Positions 1-9,755 of a stretch of DNA of 32,000 nt are shown in pieces. Both the position numbers and the translations under genes were made by a program. Position 1 is the first letter of the stretch; each line of letters starts with the position of its first letter. A model generated the notes under the pieces. That model was not told the DNA's origin, did not search any database, and worked only from the letters and a program-made list of their open reading frames with translations. The stretch covers positions 2,250,001 to 2,282,000 of the forward strand of contig NC_002939.5 in the NCBI RefSeq assembly GCF_000007985.2, in the 5' to 3' direction. The stretch is from Geobacter sulfurreducens PCA (GTDB taxonomy: Bacteria; Desulfobacterota; Desulfuromonadia; Geobacterales; Geobacteraceae).

Positions 1-1981
<1,981 letters not shown>

Positions 1982-2141
1982 ATAAACCGGGTCTCCTGGG
2001 AAATCGTGTAATGGTCAAACGCAAGCGGAAACGGTAGCACAACAGCCGGAAATGCTCAATAGAATCCGTACGGCGCAGCGCCAGGCCCATGAAACGGTTG
2101 TGTCGCGCGGCACGTTGCGCACAGGGCCCCGAGGGACGGAC

Positions 2142-2175
2142 AAAAGCGGCCAAGGCTGTTCCCTGCGGCCTGGCC
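2142..2175 (-). terminator. Putative intrinsic terminator after the PaaK-like gene
   Basis: On the minus strand GGCCAGGC...GCCTTGGCC forms an 8-bp GC stem with one bulge and an 11-nt loop. It is followed by GCTTTTG and lies about 65 nt after the stop at 2238. Confidence 0.4.
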
Positions 2176-2237
2176 GGCCGCGCACCTGGGCACCGGTGTC
2201 CGCCCCGCTCCACCGGCTTGACGGGTTCGGTTACGGG

Positions 2238-3539
2238 TCAGTAGGCGCGGTTGTCGAACATGCGGCGGGTCTTGCGCTCGGATCGGGGGAGCTCGCCGTA
2301 GGGGAGGAGATCCACCTCGCAGGAGACCATCAGGGAATGCTTCACACCCGACACGATCGCCTTGCTGAGGAGGGCATCCGCTGTGGGCGCAGCATCTTCG
2401 GCCCGCTCCACCCGGATGGTCATGTAGTCGCGACCATCGGCACCCCGGTCCAGAACCACCTGGAATTCACTGCCGAGCCCGTCGATCCGGTCGAGAATCT
2501 CATCAATCTGTCCGGGATAGATGTTGACCCCCCGGAAAATCACCACATCGTCGGAACGCCCGAGTATCCGGTCGTGACGGGGAAGAACGCAGCCACAGGG
2601 GCAATCGCCCGGCACGAGGCGGGTCAGATCCCGGGAGCGATAGCGGATGAGCGGTCCCCCCTCCTTGCAGAGCGTAGTGAAGACCATCTCCCCCACCTCC
2701 CCTGGCTGCACCGGCTGGAGTGTTTCCGGGTCGAGGATTTCAAGGAGATAGTAGTCGGCCCAGTAGTGAATGGAGCCATCTGCGCCCGGCACTCCGCAGG
2801 AAAGCCCCGTGCCCGGACCGTACACCTCGGTGAGGCCGGTGATGTCGTGAACCGATTCGGCACCGAGGCATTCGCGGATCTTGGCAAGAATCGCCTCGCT
2901 TGAACGTTCGGCACCGAGGATCACCTTGCGCACGGCGATCTTGTCGCGCAGATTGCGCCGCTGGACCTCTTCGGCCAGGAGCAGCCCCATGGAGGCGGTG
3001 CAGCAGACCACCGTCGACTGGAGATCCACCAGGAAAGTGGTCTGGATATCGAGGTTTCCCGGCCCCACGGGCACTGCCAGGGCACCGTACCGCTCGCATC
3101 CCAGCTGAAAACCCGCTCCGGCGGTCCAGAGGCCATACCCGACGCAGATCTGCACCCGGTCTTCACGGGTGACGCCGGCCATCTCGTAGCAACGGCAAAA
3201 CATGTCGGCCCAGTCATCCACATCTTTCTGGGTGTAGCAAAGGATTTTCCGCTTCCCTGTTGTCCCCGAGGATGAGTGAATCCGGACGAGCTGCTCATGG
3301 GAGGCCGCACGAAGGGGGAAGGGATAGCCGTCACGCAGATCGTCGGCAGAGGTAAAGGGAAGCTTCGCAATATCCGCGAGGCTCGCGATGTCGTCGGGCG
3401 TCACGCCCGCCAGTTCGAGCCGGCTGCGGTAAAAGGGCGAGTTGCGCCAGGCGTGGTTCACGGTCCAGCGCAGGCCGTCGAGCTGGAGCCGTTCAAGCTC
3501 CGCGGGAGATGAGTAGTGGGCGGGAAAGCGGGTCAGCAT
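2238..3539 (-). CDS. Phenylacetate-CoA ligase family (PaaK-like / F390-synthetase-like adenylate-forming enzyme)
   Basis: MLTRFPAHYSSPAELERLQLDGLRWTVNHAWRNSPFYRSRL...IHSSSGTTGKRKILCYTQKDVDDWADMF is a typical PaaK N-terminus and AMP-binding motif. The ORF-track start at 3551 is a TTG, so I prefer the ATG at 3539. Stop is TGA at 2238. Confidence 0.85.
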   Translation of the reverse strand: MLTRFPAHYSSPAELERLQLDGLRWTVNHAWRNSPFYRSRLELAGVTPDDIASLADIAKLPFTSADDLRDGYPFPLRAASHEQLVRIHSSSGTTGKRKILCYTQKDVDDWADMFCRCYEMAGVTREDRVQICVGYGLWTAGAGFQLGCERYGALAVPVGPGNLDIQTTFLVDLQSTVVCCTASMGLLLAEEVQRRNLRDKIAVRKVILGAERSSEAILAKIRECLGAESVHDITGLTEVYGPGTGLSCGVPGADGSIHYWADYYLLEILDPETLQPVQPGEVGEMVFTTLCKEGGPLIRYRSRDLTRLVPGDCPCGCVLPRHDRILGRSDDVVIFRGVNIYPGQIDEILDRIDGLGSEFQVVLDRGADGRDYMTIRVERAEDAAPTADALLSKAIVSGVKHSLMVSCEVDLLPYGELPRSERKTRRMFDNRAY

Positions 3540-3578
3540 AGGGGGATGCAACCTCCATCGGAAAGGATTACCGGAAAA

Positions 3579-4127
3579 TCAAGCCTCCGCCCGCTCCATG
3601 CCGAGACGCAGGGCCTTGAGAGATGCGGCCCGGAGCGCCCCCTTTTCACCCAGCCGCCGCTCGATGGTTGCAATCACCTGGTGAGTGGAGCAGAAGAGGC
3701 CGGCATCGGTCAGCCGGGCTAGGGCAAAGCCGAGGAGGATCAGGTTCACCGCCTGGGGGGAGCCGATCTCCAGGGCAAGGGCGTCAGCGTCGATTACATG
3801 GACCAGGTGCCCCTCAAGTCCGGCCGGGACACGGGAGGCATTGGCCACGATCCACCCGCCGGGGCGGAGGAAGTGCCGGTGGAGCGCAATGTTCTCCTCC
3901 TTCATGGCCAGCAGGCCGTCGGCCCTGCCGGGGCGCACGAGGGGACTTGAGAATTCGCCCGCCTTCAGGTGGGAGATGACCACCCCGCCCCGCTGGGCCA
4001 TGCCGTGGGTTTCGGAGGTCATGACCGGCATGCCGTTGCGGATGGCGGTCTCGGCCAGAATGCGGGTGACGAACAGGATTCCCTGCCCCCCCACCCCGCT
4101 GATGATCAGTTGCTCTCCCCCGGTCAT
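3579..4127 (-). CDS. iorB: Indolepyruvate:ferredoxin oxidoreductase, beta subunit
   Basis: The track ORF (222 aa) was trimmed to the internal ATG at 4127, giving MTGGEQLIISGVGGQGILFVTRILAETAI..., which is the 2-oxoacid:Fd oxidoreductase gamma-type fold. The ATG overlaps the iorA stop (ATGA at 4124-4127). Confidence 0.85.
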   Translation of the reverse strand: MTGGEQLIISGVGGQGILFVTRILAETAIRNGMPVMTSETHGMAQRGGVVISHLKAGEFSSPLVRPGRADGLLAMKEENIALHRHFLRPGGWIVANASRVPAGLEGHLVHVIDADALALEIGSPQAVNLILLGFALARLTDAGLFCSTHQVIATIERRLGEKGALRAASLKALRLGMERAEA

Positions 4128-5941
4128 TTTCCCACCTCCTCGATGGCCAGCCGCGGACAGACATCGACGCAGACGCCGCACTTGGAACAGACGAGGGTAT
4201 CGACAACCACCCGCTTCGTTTCTTCGTCGTAGACCAGGGCCGGGCACTCGAACTGGGTGGTGCAGAAGCGGCAGCCGTTGCAGGCATCGCTTACCCGCAC
4301 CGCCCGCTTCGGCGGCCGTTCGCCGGTGTAGGTCCGGTCAACCACGCAGGGCTGGCGGGCAATGACCACGGCAAGCCCGTCGGTCCGGGCAAAGGCCACC
4401 GCTTCTTTCATCAGGGCGGTAAAAGCGGGAAGGTTGCCCGGCTCGCCCGACCGGCAGAAGCGCACGCCGCATGCCTTGACCAGCCCCTCCATATCCACCG
4501 TCGCCGTGGGGACCCCTCCGGCGCCCCACCCCAGTGCCGGGGTCGGCTGGTTGCCGGTCATGGCGGTAGTGGCATTGTCCAGAATCACGAGCACGAACCG
4601 CGCATCCTGCACCACTGCGTCGATGAGCGGCGGGATTCCCGCGTGGAAGAAGGTGGAGTCGCCGATGGTGGCGACGATGTCGGGCACCTGGCCGGAAAGT
4701 TTGTAGGCGTGGTAGAAGCCGGCCGCCTGGGAGACCGCCGCCCCCATGCAGAGGACCGTGTCGACCCCTCCCAGGTTGAGGCCGAGGGTGTAGCAGCCGA
4801 TGTCGGAAGGATAGATTCCCTTGGGAGCAGCCCGTTTGATGGCATGGAAGCTGGCCCGGTGGGGGCAGCCCGGACAGAGGGTCGGCCGGCGGCCGCCGCC
4901 CGTGGGGGGCGCAACGGAGGGTGCGGCGGGAATGCCGGCAAAAGCGGCCACCAGACGCTCCACCAGTTCCGGGGACAGCTCCCCCACCTCGGGAACGAAG
5001 CCCGACCGTTTTCCCTTCACCCGGTGACGGTCGGCCAGTTGCAGTTCCATGACCCCGGTGGTCTCCTCCAGTACCAGGATCTCGTCGTAATCGGCCAGAA
5101 GCCGCTCCACGAACGCCGTGTGGAGGGGGTAGGGCTGTACCACCTGCCAGAGAGGAATAACGTCCCGGAGTCCCAAGTCCTCGAGCACCTCGCGGGCGTG
5201 GGCCGCTGCCACGCCGGAGGCAACCAATGCCTTACCGGAAGAGACCCCCGGATTGAGCAGCCGCGGGGCGGTCGGCTCCCAGGCGGCAATGCCGGCCAGC
5301 TTCTCCTCCAACTCCAAGTGAAGCTTGTGACGAAAAACCGGGGTAGCGGCCCAACGGGTCGGATCCTTGACAAACGCGGCCGTCCGTTCGGACGGAGCAA
5401 CCGGGCCGGGGAGGATGTCCTGGTTGGCGTGGCAGACGCGGGTAGTGGGCCGGAGCATGACCGGCACCCGGAAGGCCTCGGACAGTTCGAAGCCGGCGGC
5501 AATGAGCTCCCGGGCCTGGTTGGGGGAATCGGGGTCGAGAACGGGCACCTTGGCGGACATGGCCGTCAGGCGGCTGTCCTGCTCGGTCTGGGACGAGTGG
5601 GGCCCCGGGTCGTCGGCGGAGATGACCACGAAACCGCCGGTGACTCCCAGGTAGGCGGCACTCATGAACGGATCGGAGGCAACATTGAGCCCCACTTGCT
5701 TCATGGCCGTGGCCGCCCGCAAACCGGACTGGGCGGCGGCGTAGGCAATCTCGAAGGCAACTTTCTCATTAACGGCCCACTCCACATGCATGGGTACGCC
5801 GTAACGCTCCCGCCAGAGAGCCACGCCGGAGAGGATCTCCGAGGCGGGCGTGCCGGGATACGAGGCGACGACACTGCATCCGCTCTCCACAAGGCCGTGG
5901 GCCATGGCATCATTGCCGAGCAACAGCTTCCGTTCACTCAC
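4124..5941 (-). CDS. iorA: Indolepyruvate:ferredoxin oxidoreductase, alpha subunit (TPP and 2x[4Fe-4S])
   Basis: 605 aa. GTG start at 5941 with GGAAGGAG 9 nt upstream. The N-terminus MSERKLLLGNDAMAHGLVESG is typical. The C-terminal ferredoxin motifs are CNGCRFCTTQFECP and CSKCGVCVDVCP. Confidence 0.9.
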   Translation of the reverse strand: MSERKLLLGNDAMAHGLVESGCSVVASYPGTPASEILSGVALWRERYGVPMHVEWAVNEKVAFEIAYAAAQSGLRAATAMKQVGLNVASDPFMSAAYLGVTGGFVVISADDPGPHSSQTEQDSRLTAMSAKVPVLDPDSPNQARELIAAGFELSEAFRVPVMLRPTTRVCHANQDILPGPVAPSERTAAFVKDPTRWAATPVFRHKLHLELEEKLAGIAAWEPTAPRLLNPGVSSGKALVASGVAAAHAREVLEDLGLRDVIPLWQVVQPYPLHTAFVERLLADYDEILVLEETTGVMELQLADRHRVKGKRSGFVPEVGELSPELVERLVAAFAGIPAAPSVAPPTGGGRRPTLCPGCPHRASFHAIKRAAPKGIYPSDIGCYTLGLNLGGVDTVLCMGAAVSQAAGFYHAYKLSGQVPDIVATIGDSTFFHAGIPPLIDAVVQDARFVLVILDNATTAMTGNQPTPALGWGAGGVPTATVDMEGLVKACGVRFCRSGEPGNLPAFTALMKEAVAFARTDGLAVVIARQPCVVDRTYTGERPPKRAVRVSDACNGCRFCTTQFECPALVYDEETKRVVVDTLVCSKCGVCVDVCPRLAIEEVGK

Positions 5942-5975
5942 CGAAAATGGCTCCTTCCGTGGGAAAAATTAATAG

Positions 5976-6004
5976 ATTTTCCGCGGTCGGTCCTTTTTTG
6001 TCAA
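5976..6004 (-). promoter_or_regulatory. Sigma-70-like promoter candidate for iorA-iorB-PaaK
   Basis: Minus strand reads TTGACA (6004-5999), a 17-nt spacer, then GAAAAT (5981-5976). It lies about 35 nt upstream of the iorA GTG in the only AT-rich stretch of this region. Confidence 0.4.
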
Positions 6005-6046
6005 TCGATATTCTCGACGAATGGGGCAGTTGCATTGTGAATCGAC

Positions 6047-6075
6047 TTGAATTTTCGGAGATATTTATTTATACA
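6047..6075 (+). promoter_or_regulatory. Sigma-70-like promoter candidate for dctPQM
   Basis: TTGAAT (6047-6052), a 17-nt spacer, then TATACA (6070-6075). It lies about 80 nt upstream of the dctP ATG in the AT-rich divergent intergenic region. Confidence 0.35.
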
Positions 6076-6154
6076 AAAGCAATCCCTCCATACCGCATTA
6101 ATTAAAATAATGTTCGATATCACGAAACTTCTTCCACACTCAGGAGGTCGCACA

Positions 6155-7189
6155 ATGAAACGCTTCACCCTGTTCATGCTCCTCGCGCTGCTGCCGGCAT
6201 CGCTCGTCCCCGCAGCCGGCACCGCCCGCGCCCAGTCGACCATCACCCTCACCTACGCCAACTTCCCGCCCGCGGCTACCTTCCCCTGCATCCAGATGGA
6301 GCGCTGGGCCAAAGAAGTGGAAAAGCGAACCGGCGGCAAGGTGAAGGTAAAGACCTTTCCCGGCGGCACGCTCCTCAACGCCAAGAACATGTTCGAGGGG
6401 GTTACCTCCGGCATCGCCGATATCGGCAACTTCGCCATGAGCTACCAGCCGGGCCGCTTCCCTGTGTCCGAAGCGGTGGACCTTCCCCTGGGCTTCACGA
6501 GCGCCAGGGTGGCAAGCCTCGTTCTCTACGACCTGATCGAAAAGTACAAGCCCAGGGAGTTTGAAAAGGTAAAAGTACTGACGGTCTTCACCTGTCCTCC
6601 CACCAATTTCATGACCAAGGCGCCGGTACGGCGCCTGGCCGACCTGAAGGGAGTGGAACTCCGCGTGGCTGGCACAAGCGCCGAAGTAGCCAAGCGCCTG
6701 GGGGCGGTACCGGTGGCCATGCCACAATCGGAAACCCCCGAAGCGATCCAGAAAGGGATTGTCAAGGGGATGATCTCTTCCCTTGAAATTCTCCAGGATC
6801 TCAAGTTCGCCAGCTACACCCCCTACGCGACCATCGCCAACCTGCCGGTGGTTTCCTTTGCGGTGGTCATGAACAAGGCCAAGTGGGATTCGCTCCCCGC
6901 CGACGTCAAGAATGCCCTGGACACCCTTTCCCGCGATCAGGCCGCATGGACCGGCGAGTACGCCGACCGCCACGTGCAGGAATCTCTCGCTTGGGCGAAG
7001 AAGGGCTACCAGCATCAGGTATTCACCCTGCCGGCCGCCGACCAGAAGCAGATCAACGCACTCCTCTCCCCCATGGTGGACGACTACGTCAAAAAGGTGA
7101 GCGCCCAGGGGCTCAACGGCAAGCAGATCGTGACGGACGTGCAGGCATTCCGGAAGAAGTACGAGACGCCGGCGAAGAAAAAGCGGTAG
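6155..7189 (+). CDS. dctP: TRAP transporter periplasmic solute-binding protein (DctP family)
   Basis: The track ORF was trimmed to the ATG at 6155, preceded by AGGAGG (6142-6147). Signal peptide is MKRFTLFMLLALLPASLVPAAGTARA/QS. The body is DctP-like and the gene is followed by dctQ and dctM. Confidence 0.9.
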   Translation: MKRFTLFMLLALLPASLVPAAGTARAQSTITLTYANFPPAATFPCIQMERWAKEVEKRTGGKVKVKTFPGGTLLNAKNMFEGVTSGIADIGNFAMSYQPGRFPVSEAVDLPLGFTSARVASLVLYDLIEKYKPREFEKVKVLTVFTCPPTNFMTKAPVRRLADLKGVELRVAGTSAEVAKRLGAVPVAMPQSETPEAIQKGIVKGMISSLEILQDLKFASYTPYATIANLPVVSFAVVMNKAKWDSLPADVKNALDTLSRDQAAWTGEYADRHVQESLAWAKKGYQHQVFTLPAADQKQINALLSPMVDDYVKKVSAQGLNGKQIVTDVQAFRKKYETPAKKKR

Positions 7190-7203
7190 GAATACGGGGG
7201 CCT

Positions 7204-7251
7204 GGGACCGGTAAACGCATTTATGCCTTTTCGGTCCACAGTCCCGGTCCC
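7204..7251 (+). promoter_or_regulatory. Intercistronic stem-loop between dctP and dctQ
   Basis: GGGACCGG (7204-7211) can pair with CCGGTCCC (7244-7251), or alternatively with CGGTCC (7232-7237). Stem-loops after the binding-protein gene are common in transporter operons and are thought to stabilise the upstream mRNA. Confidence 0.3.
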
Positions 7252-7262
7252 GGACCAACTAC

Positions 7263-7745
7263 ATGGAACGTTTATTCGGCATCCTCTCCAAAGCATTCAT
7301 GGTCGTCGGCGGTGTGGCGCTCCTGGCGCTCGTACTGCTGGCCACCGGCAACGTGGCGTCCCGAATCGGCCGGGCTCCCTTTGCCGGGACCTACGAGATC
7401 GTCTCTTTCCTGGGTGCCATCGTCATTGCCGGTGCCCTGGGGCACACCCAACGCCGCAAGGACCACATCGTGGTCGATATCCTGTCGGAACGTTTCCCGG
7501 CGCCGGTCAAGCGGCTGCTCGACGCGGTGAACTATGCCGTCACCTGCGGGCTGTTCGGCATCGCCGCCTGGCAGGTGTGGGTCTGGGGCGACAAGCTCCG
7601 CCTGTCGGGAGAGTTATCCGAAACGCTGAAGCTGACCTACTACCCTTTTGTCTACGTGGTGGCTGCCGGCTTCGGCGTTCTGGCCGGGGTGTTGTTCATC
7701 GATTGCATGAAAACGGTATTGCGCGGTAAGGAGAGTGAGGAGTGA
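7263..7745 (+). CDS. dctQ: TRAP transporter small permease (DctQ family)
   Basis: 160 aa, ATG start, hydrophobic with about four TM segments. It sits between the DctP and DctM genes. Confidence 0.85.
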   Translation: MERLFGILSKAFMVVGGVALLALVLLATGNVASRIGRAPFAGTYEIVSFLGAIVIAGALGHTQRRKDHIVVDILSERFPAPVKRLLDAVNYAVTCGLFGIAAWQVWVWGDKLRLSGELSETLKLTYYPFVYVVAAGFGVLAGVLFIDCMKTVLRGKESEE

Positions 7746-9046
7746 GCGGTCCCATTGTCGGCGTCTACGGCATCTGTGCCATGTTTTTCATGCTGTTCGT
7801 ACTGCGGATTCCCGCAGCCTTCACCCTCATGATGGTCGGTTTTCTCGGCATCGCCACGGTCACCACCTGGGACGCGGCCCTGGCCATGCTCGGCAGCGAA
7901 CTCTGGGGCAGCTTTTCCAACTACGGCCTCACGGTCATTCCCCTGTTCATTCTGGTGGGGGAAATCGTCCATTACGCCGGCTACAACAACAGTCTCTACC
8001 ACGCTACCTACAAGTGGTTCGGCCACAAGCGCGGCGGCCTTGCCATGACCACGATCCTGGCATCGGCGGCCTTCTCGGCCATCAGCGGCTCCAACACCGC
8101 CACCGCCGCCACCATGAGCGCCGTGGCGATTCCGGCCATGAAAGAATACAAGTACCATCCGCTGCTCAACGCCGGCTCCGTGGCTGCCGGCGCGACCCTG
8201 GGGGTCCTGATCCCTCCCAGCATCGTACTGGTGGTCTACGGGCTCTACACGGGCCAGTCCATCGGCAAGCTCTTCTTCGGCAATGTCATCCCCAGCGCCA
8301 TCCTGACGATCCTCATCCTCCTGACCGTAGTCTGGATCTGCCGCCGCCACCCGGACTGGGGCCCCGAGGGGCCCAGAAGCGGCTGGGGGGAGCGGTTTGC
8401 CGCCCTGCCCGAGGCCATCGATATCCTGATCCTCTTCGCCATCATCATGTACGCCCTGTTCACCGGCGTGGTGACCGCCACCGAGGCGGCGGCAGTGAGC
8501 TGCTTCCTGGCTCTCGTGATCTGCGGTCTGCGCAGAAAGCTCACCTGGAAGAAGCTGACCGGGGCATTAGTGGACACCCTGCGCATCTCCTGCATGGTGT
8601 TCATGATCGTGGCCGGCGCGGTCATCTTCGCCAAGTTCCTGACCATCACGCGGCTCCCCTATGAAACCGCCGAGTGGATCAGCTCCCTGGATCTTCCCCG
8701 CTGGATGGTCCTCTGGGTCATCCTGGCCTGCTACATCATCGGCGGCTGTATCATGGACGCCCTGGCGTTCCTGCTGGTGTCGCTCCCCATCTTCTACCCG
8801 CTGGTGACCCAACTGGGCTACGACCCGATCTGGTTCGGCCAGGTGATCACCATCGTGACCACCATGGGGTCCATCATGCCCCCCATCGGCATCTGCTGCT
8901 ACGTGGTATCCGGCATGTCGGGCATCCCTCTCGGCACGGTCTTTCGTAGCGGCCTCTACTACATGCCGTCCTACATCGCTTCCATCGCAATCCTCATGGT
9001 GTCCCCCTACTGGACGGTGCTCGTGCTGGCCGACCTAGTGAAGTAA
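7742..9046 (+). CDS. dctM: TRAP transporter large permease (DctM family)
   Basis: 434 aa polytopic membrane protein. GTG start at 7742 overlaps the dctQ stop (GTGA). AAGGAGAG lies upstream. Confidence 0.9.
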   Translation: MSGPIVGVYGICAMFFMLFVLRIPAAFTLMMVGFLGIATVTTWDAALAMLGSELWGSFSNYGLTVIPLFILVGEIVHYAGYNNSLYHATYKWFGHKRGGLAMTTILASAAFSAISGSNTATAATMSAVAIPAMKEYKYHPLLNAGSVAAGATLGVLIPPSIVLVVYGLYTGQSIGKLFFGNVIPSAILTILILLTVVWICRRHPDWGPEGPRSGWGERFAALPEAIDILILFAIIMYALFTGVVTATEAAAVSCFLALVICGLRRKLTWKKLTGALVDTLRISCMVFMIVAGAVIFAKFLTITRLPYETAEWISSLDLPRWMVLWVILACYIIGGCIMDALAFLLVSLPIFYPLVTQLGYDPIWFGQVITIVTTMGSIMPPIGICCYVVSGMSGIPLGTVFRSGLYYMPSYIASIAILMVSPYWTVLVLADLVK

Positions 9047-9062
9047 CGGGTCCGTGACCGCA

Positions 9063-9094
9063 CAGCCGGAAAAATTGTTAAAGTTTTCCGGCTG
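9063..9094 (+). terminator. Stem-loop terminator after dctM
   Basis: CAGCCGGAAAA (9063-9073), a 10-nt loop, then TTTTCCGGCTG (9084-9094) form a perfect 11-bp stem 17 nt after the dctM stop. There is no long U tract. Confidence 0.55.
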
Positions 9095-9105
9095 CTGGGC
9101 GATGA
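9079..9105 (+). promoter_or_regulatory. Sigma-28 (FliA)-type promoter candidate for the CheX-like gene
   Basis: TAAAGTTT (9079-9086), an 11-nt spacer, then GGCGATGA (9098-9105). The enterobacterial consensus is TAAAGTTT-N11-GCCGATAA, so the -35 matches 8/8 and the -10 matches 6/8. It lies 36 nt upstream of the ATG at 9141. Confidence 0.5.
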
Positions 9106-9140
9106 GAAAACTCAGAAACCACTGATCAAGGGGAACGCCC

Positions 9141-9647
9141 ATGTCCGCAATCACCTTCGAAGAAATCATGTTCACCATCATGTCCGCCACCCAGGACACC
9201 TTCAAAAACTACCTGAGCGTCGACATATTCGCGGGAAAGGTTGAGCGGAAGGTAGATCCCGTCGATTCCGACGTGGTCGGTATCGTCGGTGTTGCGGGCG
9301 ACAGGGTGGGCTATATCATCCTGGCGGCGGAGAGCACTGCAGCGGTAACGATCGCCAAGGAGCTGCTCATGCTCGACGAACCCGACGAGGAGTCCATCAG
9401 AGATGCCATCGGCGAACTGACCAACAACATCGCCGGGGTATTCAAGACCAAGTACCATGAACAATACGGCAATGTGGCCCTTGGGCTCCCCCTCATCGTC
9501 TCCGGCATGCTGCGTACCGTTGCCGAGGGCACGTCGCAGGATCAGTCGGGCGGCAGCTCCAGCATGAACGTCCAGTGCAAGGGGGTTACCATTCCCTTCA
9601 TGAGTCTGGACGGCAAGTTCGCTCTCCGCGTGATGGTGTACATGTAA
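9141..9647 (+). CDS. CheX/CheC-family chemotaxis phosphatase-like protein
   Basis: 168 aa. MSAITFEEIMFTIMSATQDTFKNYL...VVGIVGVAGDRVGYIILAAE...DAIGELTNNIAGVFKT. The ELxNI-type motif is typical of CheX-like CheY-P phosphatases. ATG start. Confidence 0.75.
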   Translation: MSAITFEEIMFTIMSATQDTFKNYLSVDIFAGKVERKVDPVDSDVVGIVGVAGDRVGYIILAAESTAAVTIAKELLMLDEPDEESIRDAIGELTNNIAGVFKTKYHEQYGNVALGLPLIVSGMLRTVAEGTSQDQSGGSSSMNVQCKGVTIPFMSLDGKFALRVMVYM

Positions 9648-9682
9648 CGGGCCACCCACGCACCAGAACGTCCCCCACGAAA

Positions 9683-9725
9683 AACAGCCGCGCCGGTCAT
9701 GCCGGGCGGCTGTTTGTGCTTTTTC
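9683..9725. terminator. Bidirectional intrinsic terminator between the convergent CheX-like and PmbA-like genes
   Basis: AACAGCCGCGCCGG (9683-9696), loop TCATG, then CCGGGCGGCTGTT (9702-9714) give 13 bp with one bulge. It is flanked by GAAAA on the left and TGTGCTTTTT on the right. Confidence 0.7.
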
Positions 9726-9755
9726 CTCGGTATACGGCAAATGGCGCGGCCGGAC

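Noticed and set aside
1982-2237. A 256-bp gap between secA and the PaaK-like gene, examined for a tRNA, small RNA, riboswitch or small ORF (track ORF 1932-2213 minus, 93 aa).
   Set aside because: There is no cloverleaf or conserved riboswitch-like motif. The 93-aa ORF is Arg-rich and overlaps the secA start out of frame. The gap is best explained by a terminator plus the secA promoter and leader.
6021-6036. TGGGGCAGTTGCATT resembling a sigma-54 promoter upstream of dctP.
   Set aside because: The GG to GC spacing is far too short (7 nt), so it is not a -24/-12 element.
4643-6040. 465-aa plus-strand ORF. Similar long ORFs lie at 3685-4365(+), 6140-7258(-), 7652-8350(-), 7735-8664(+), 9699-10511(+), 11570-12544(+), 12753-13412(+) and 13721-14647(+).
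   Set aside because: All lie opposite to, or out of frame with, genes that have clear family signatures (iorA, dctP, dctM, PmbA-like, GGDEF, HDOD, recN). Their translations are Arg/Gly/Pro/His-rich and low-complexity, and they lack RBS-plus-start support.
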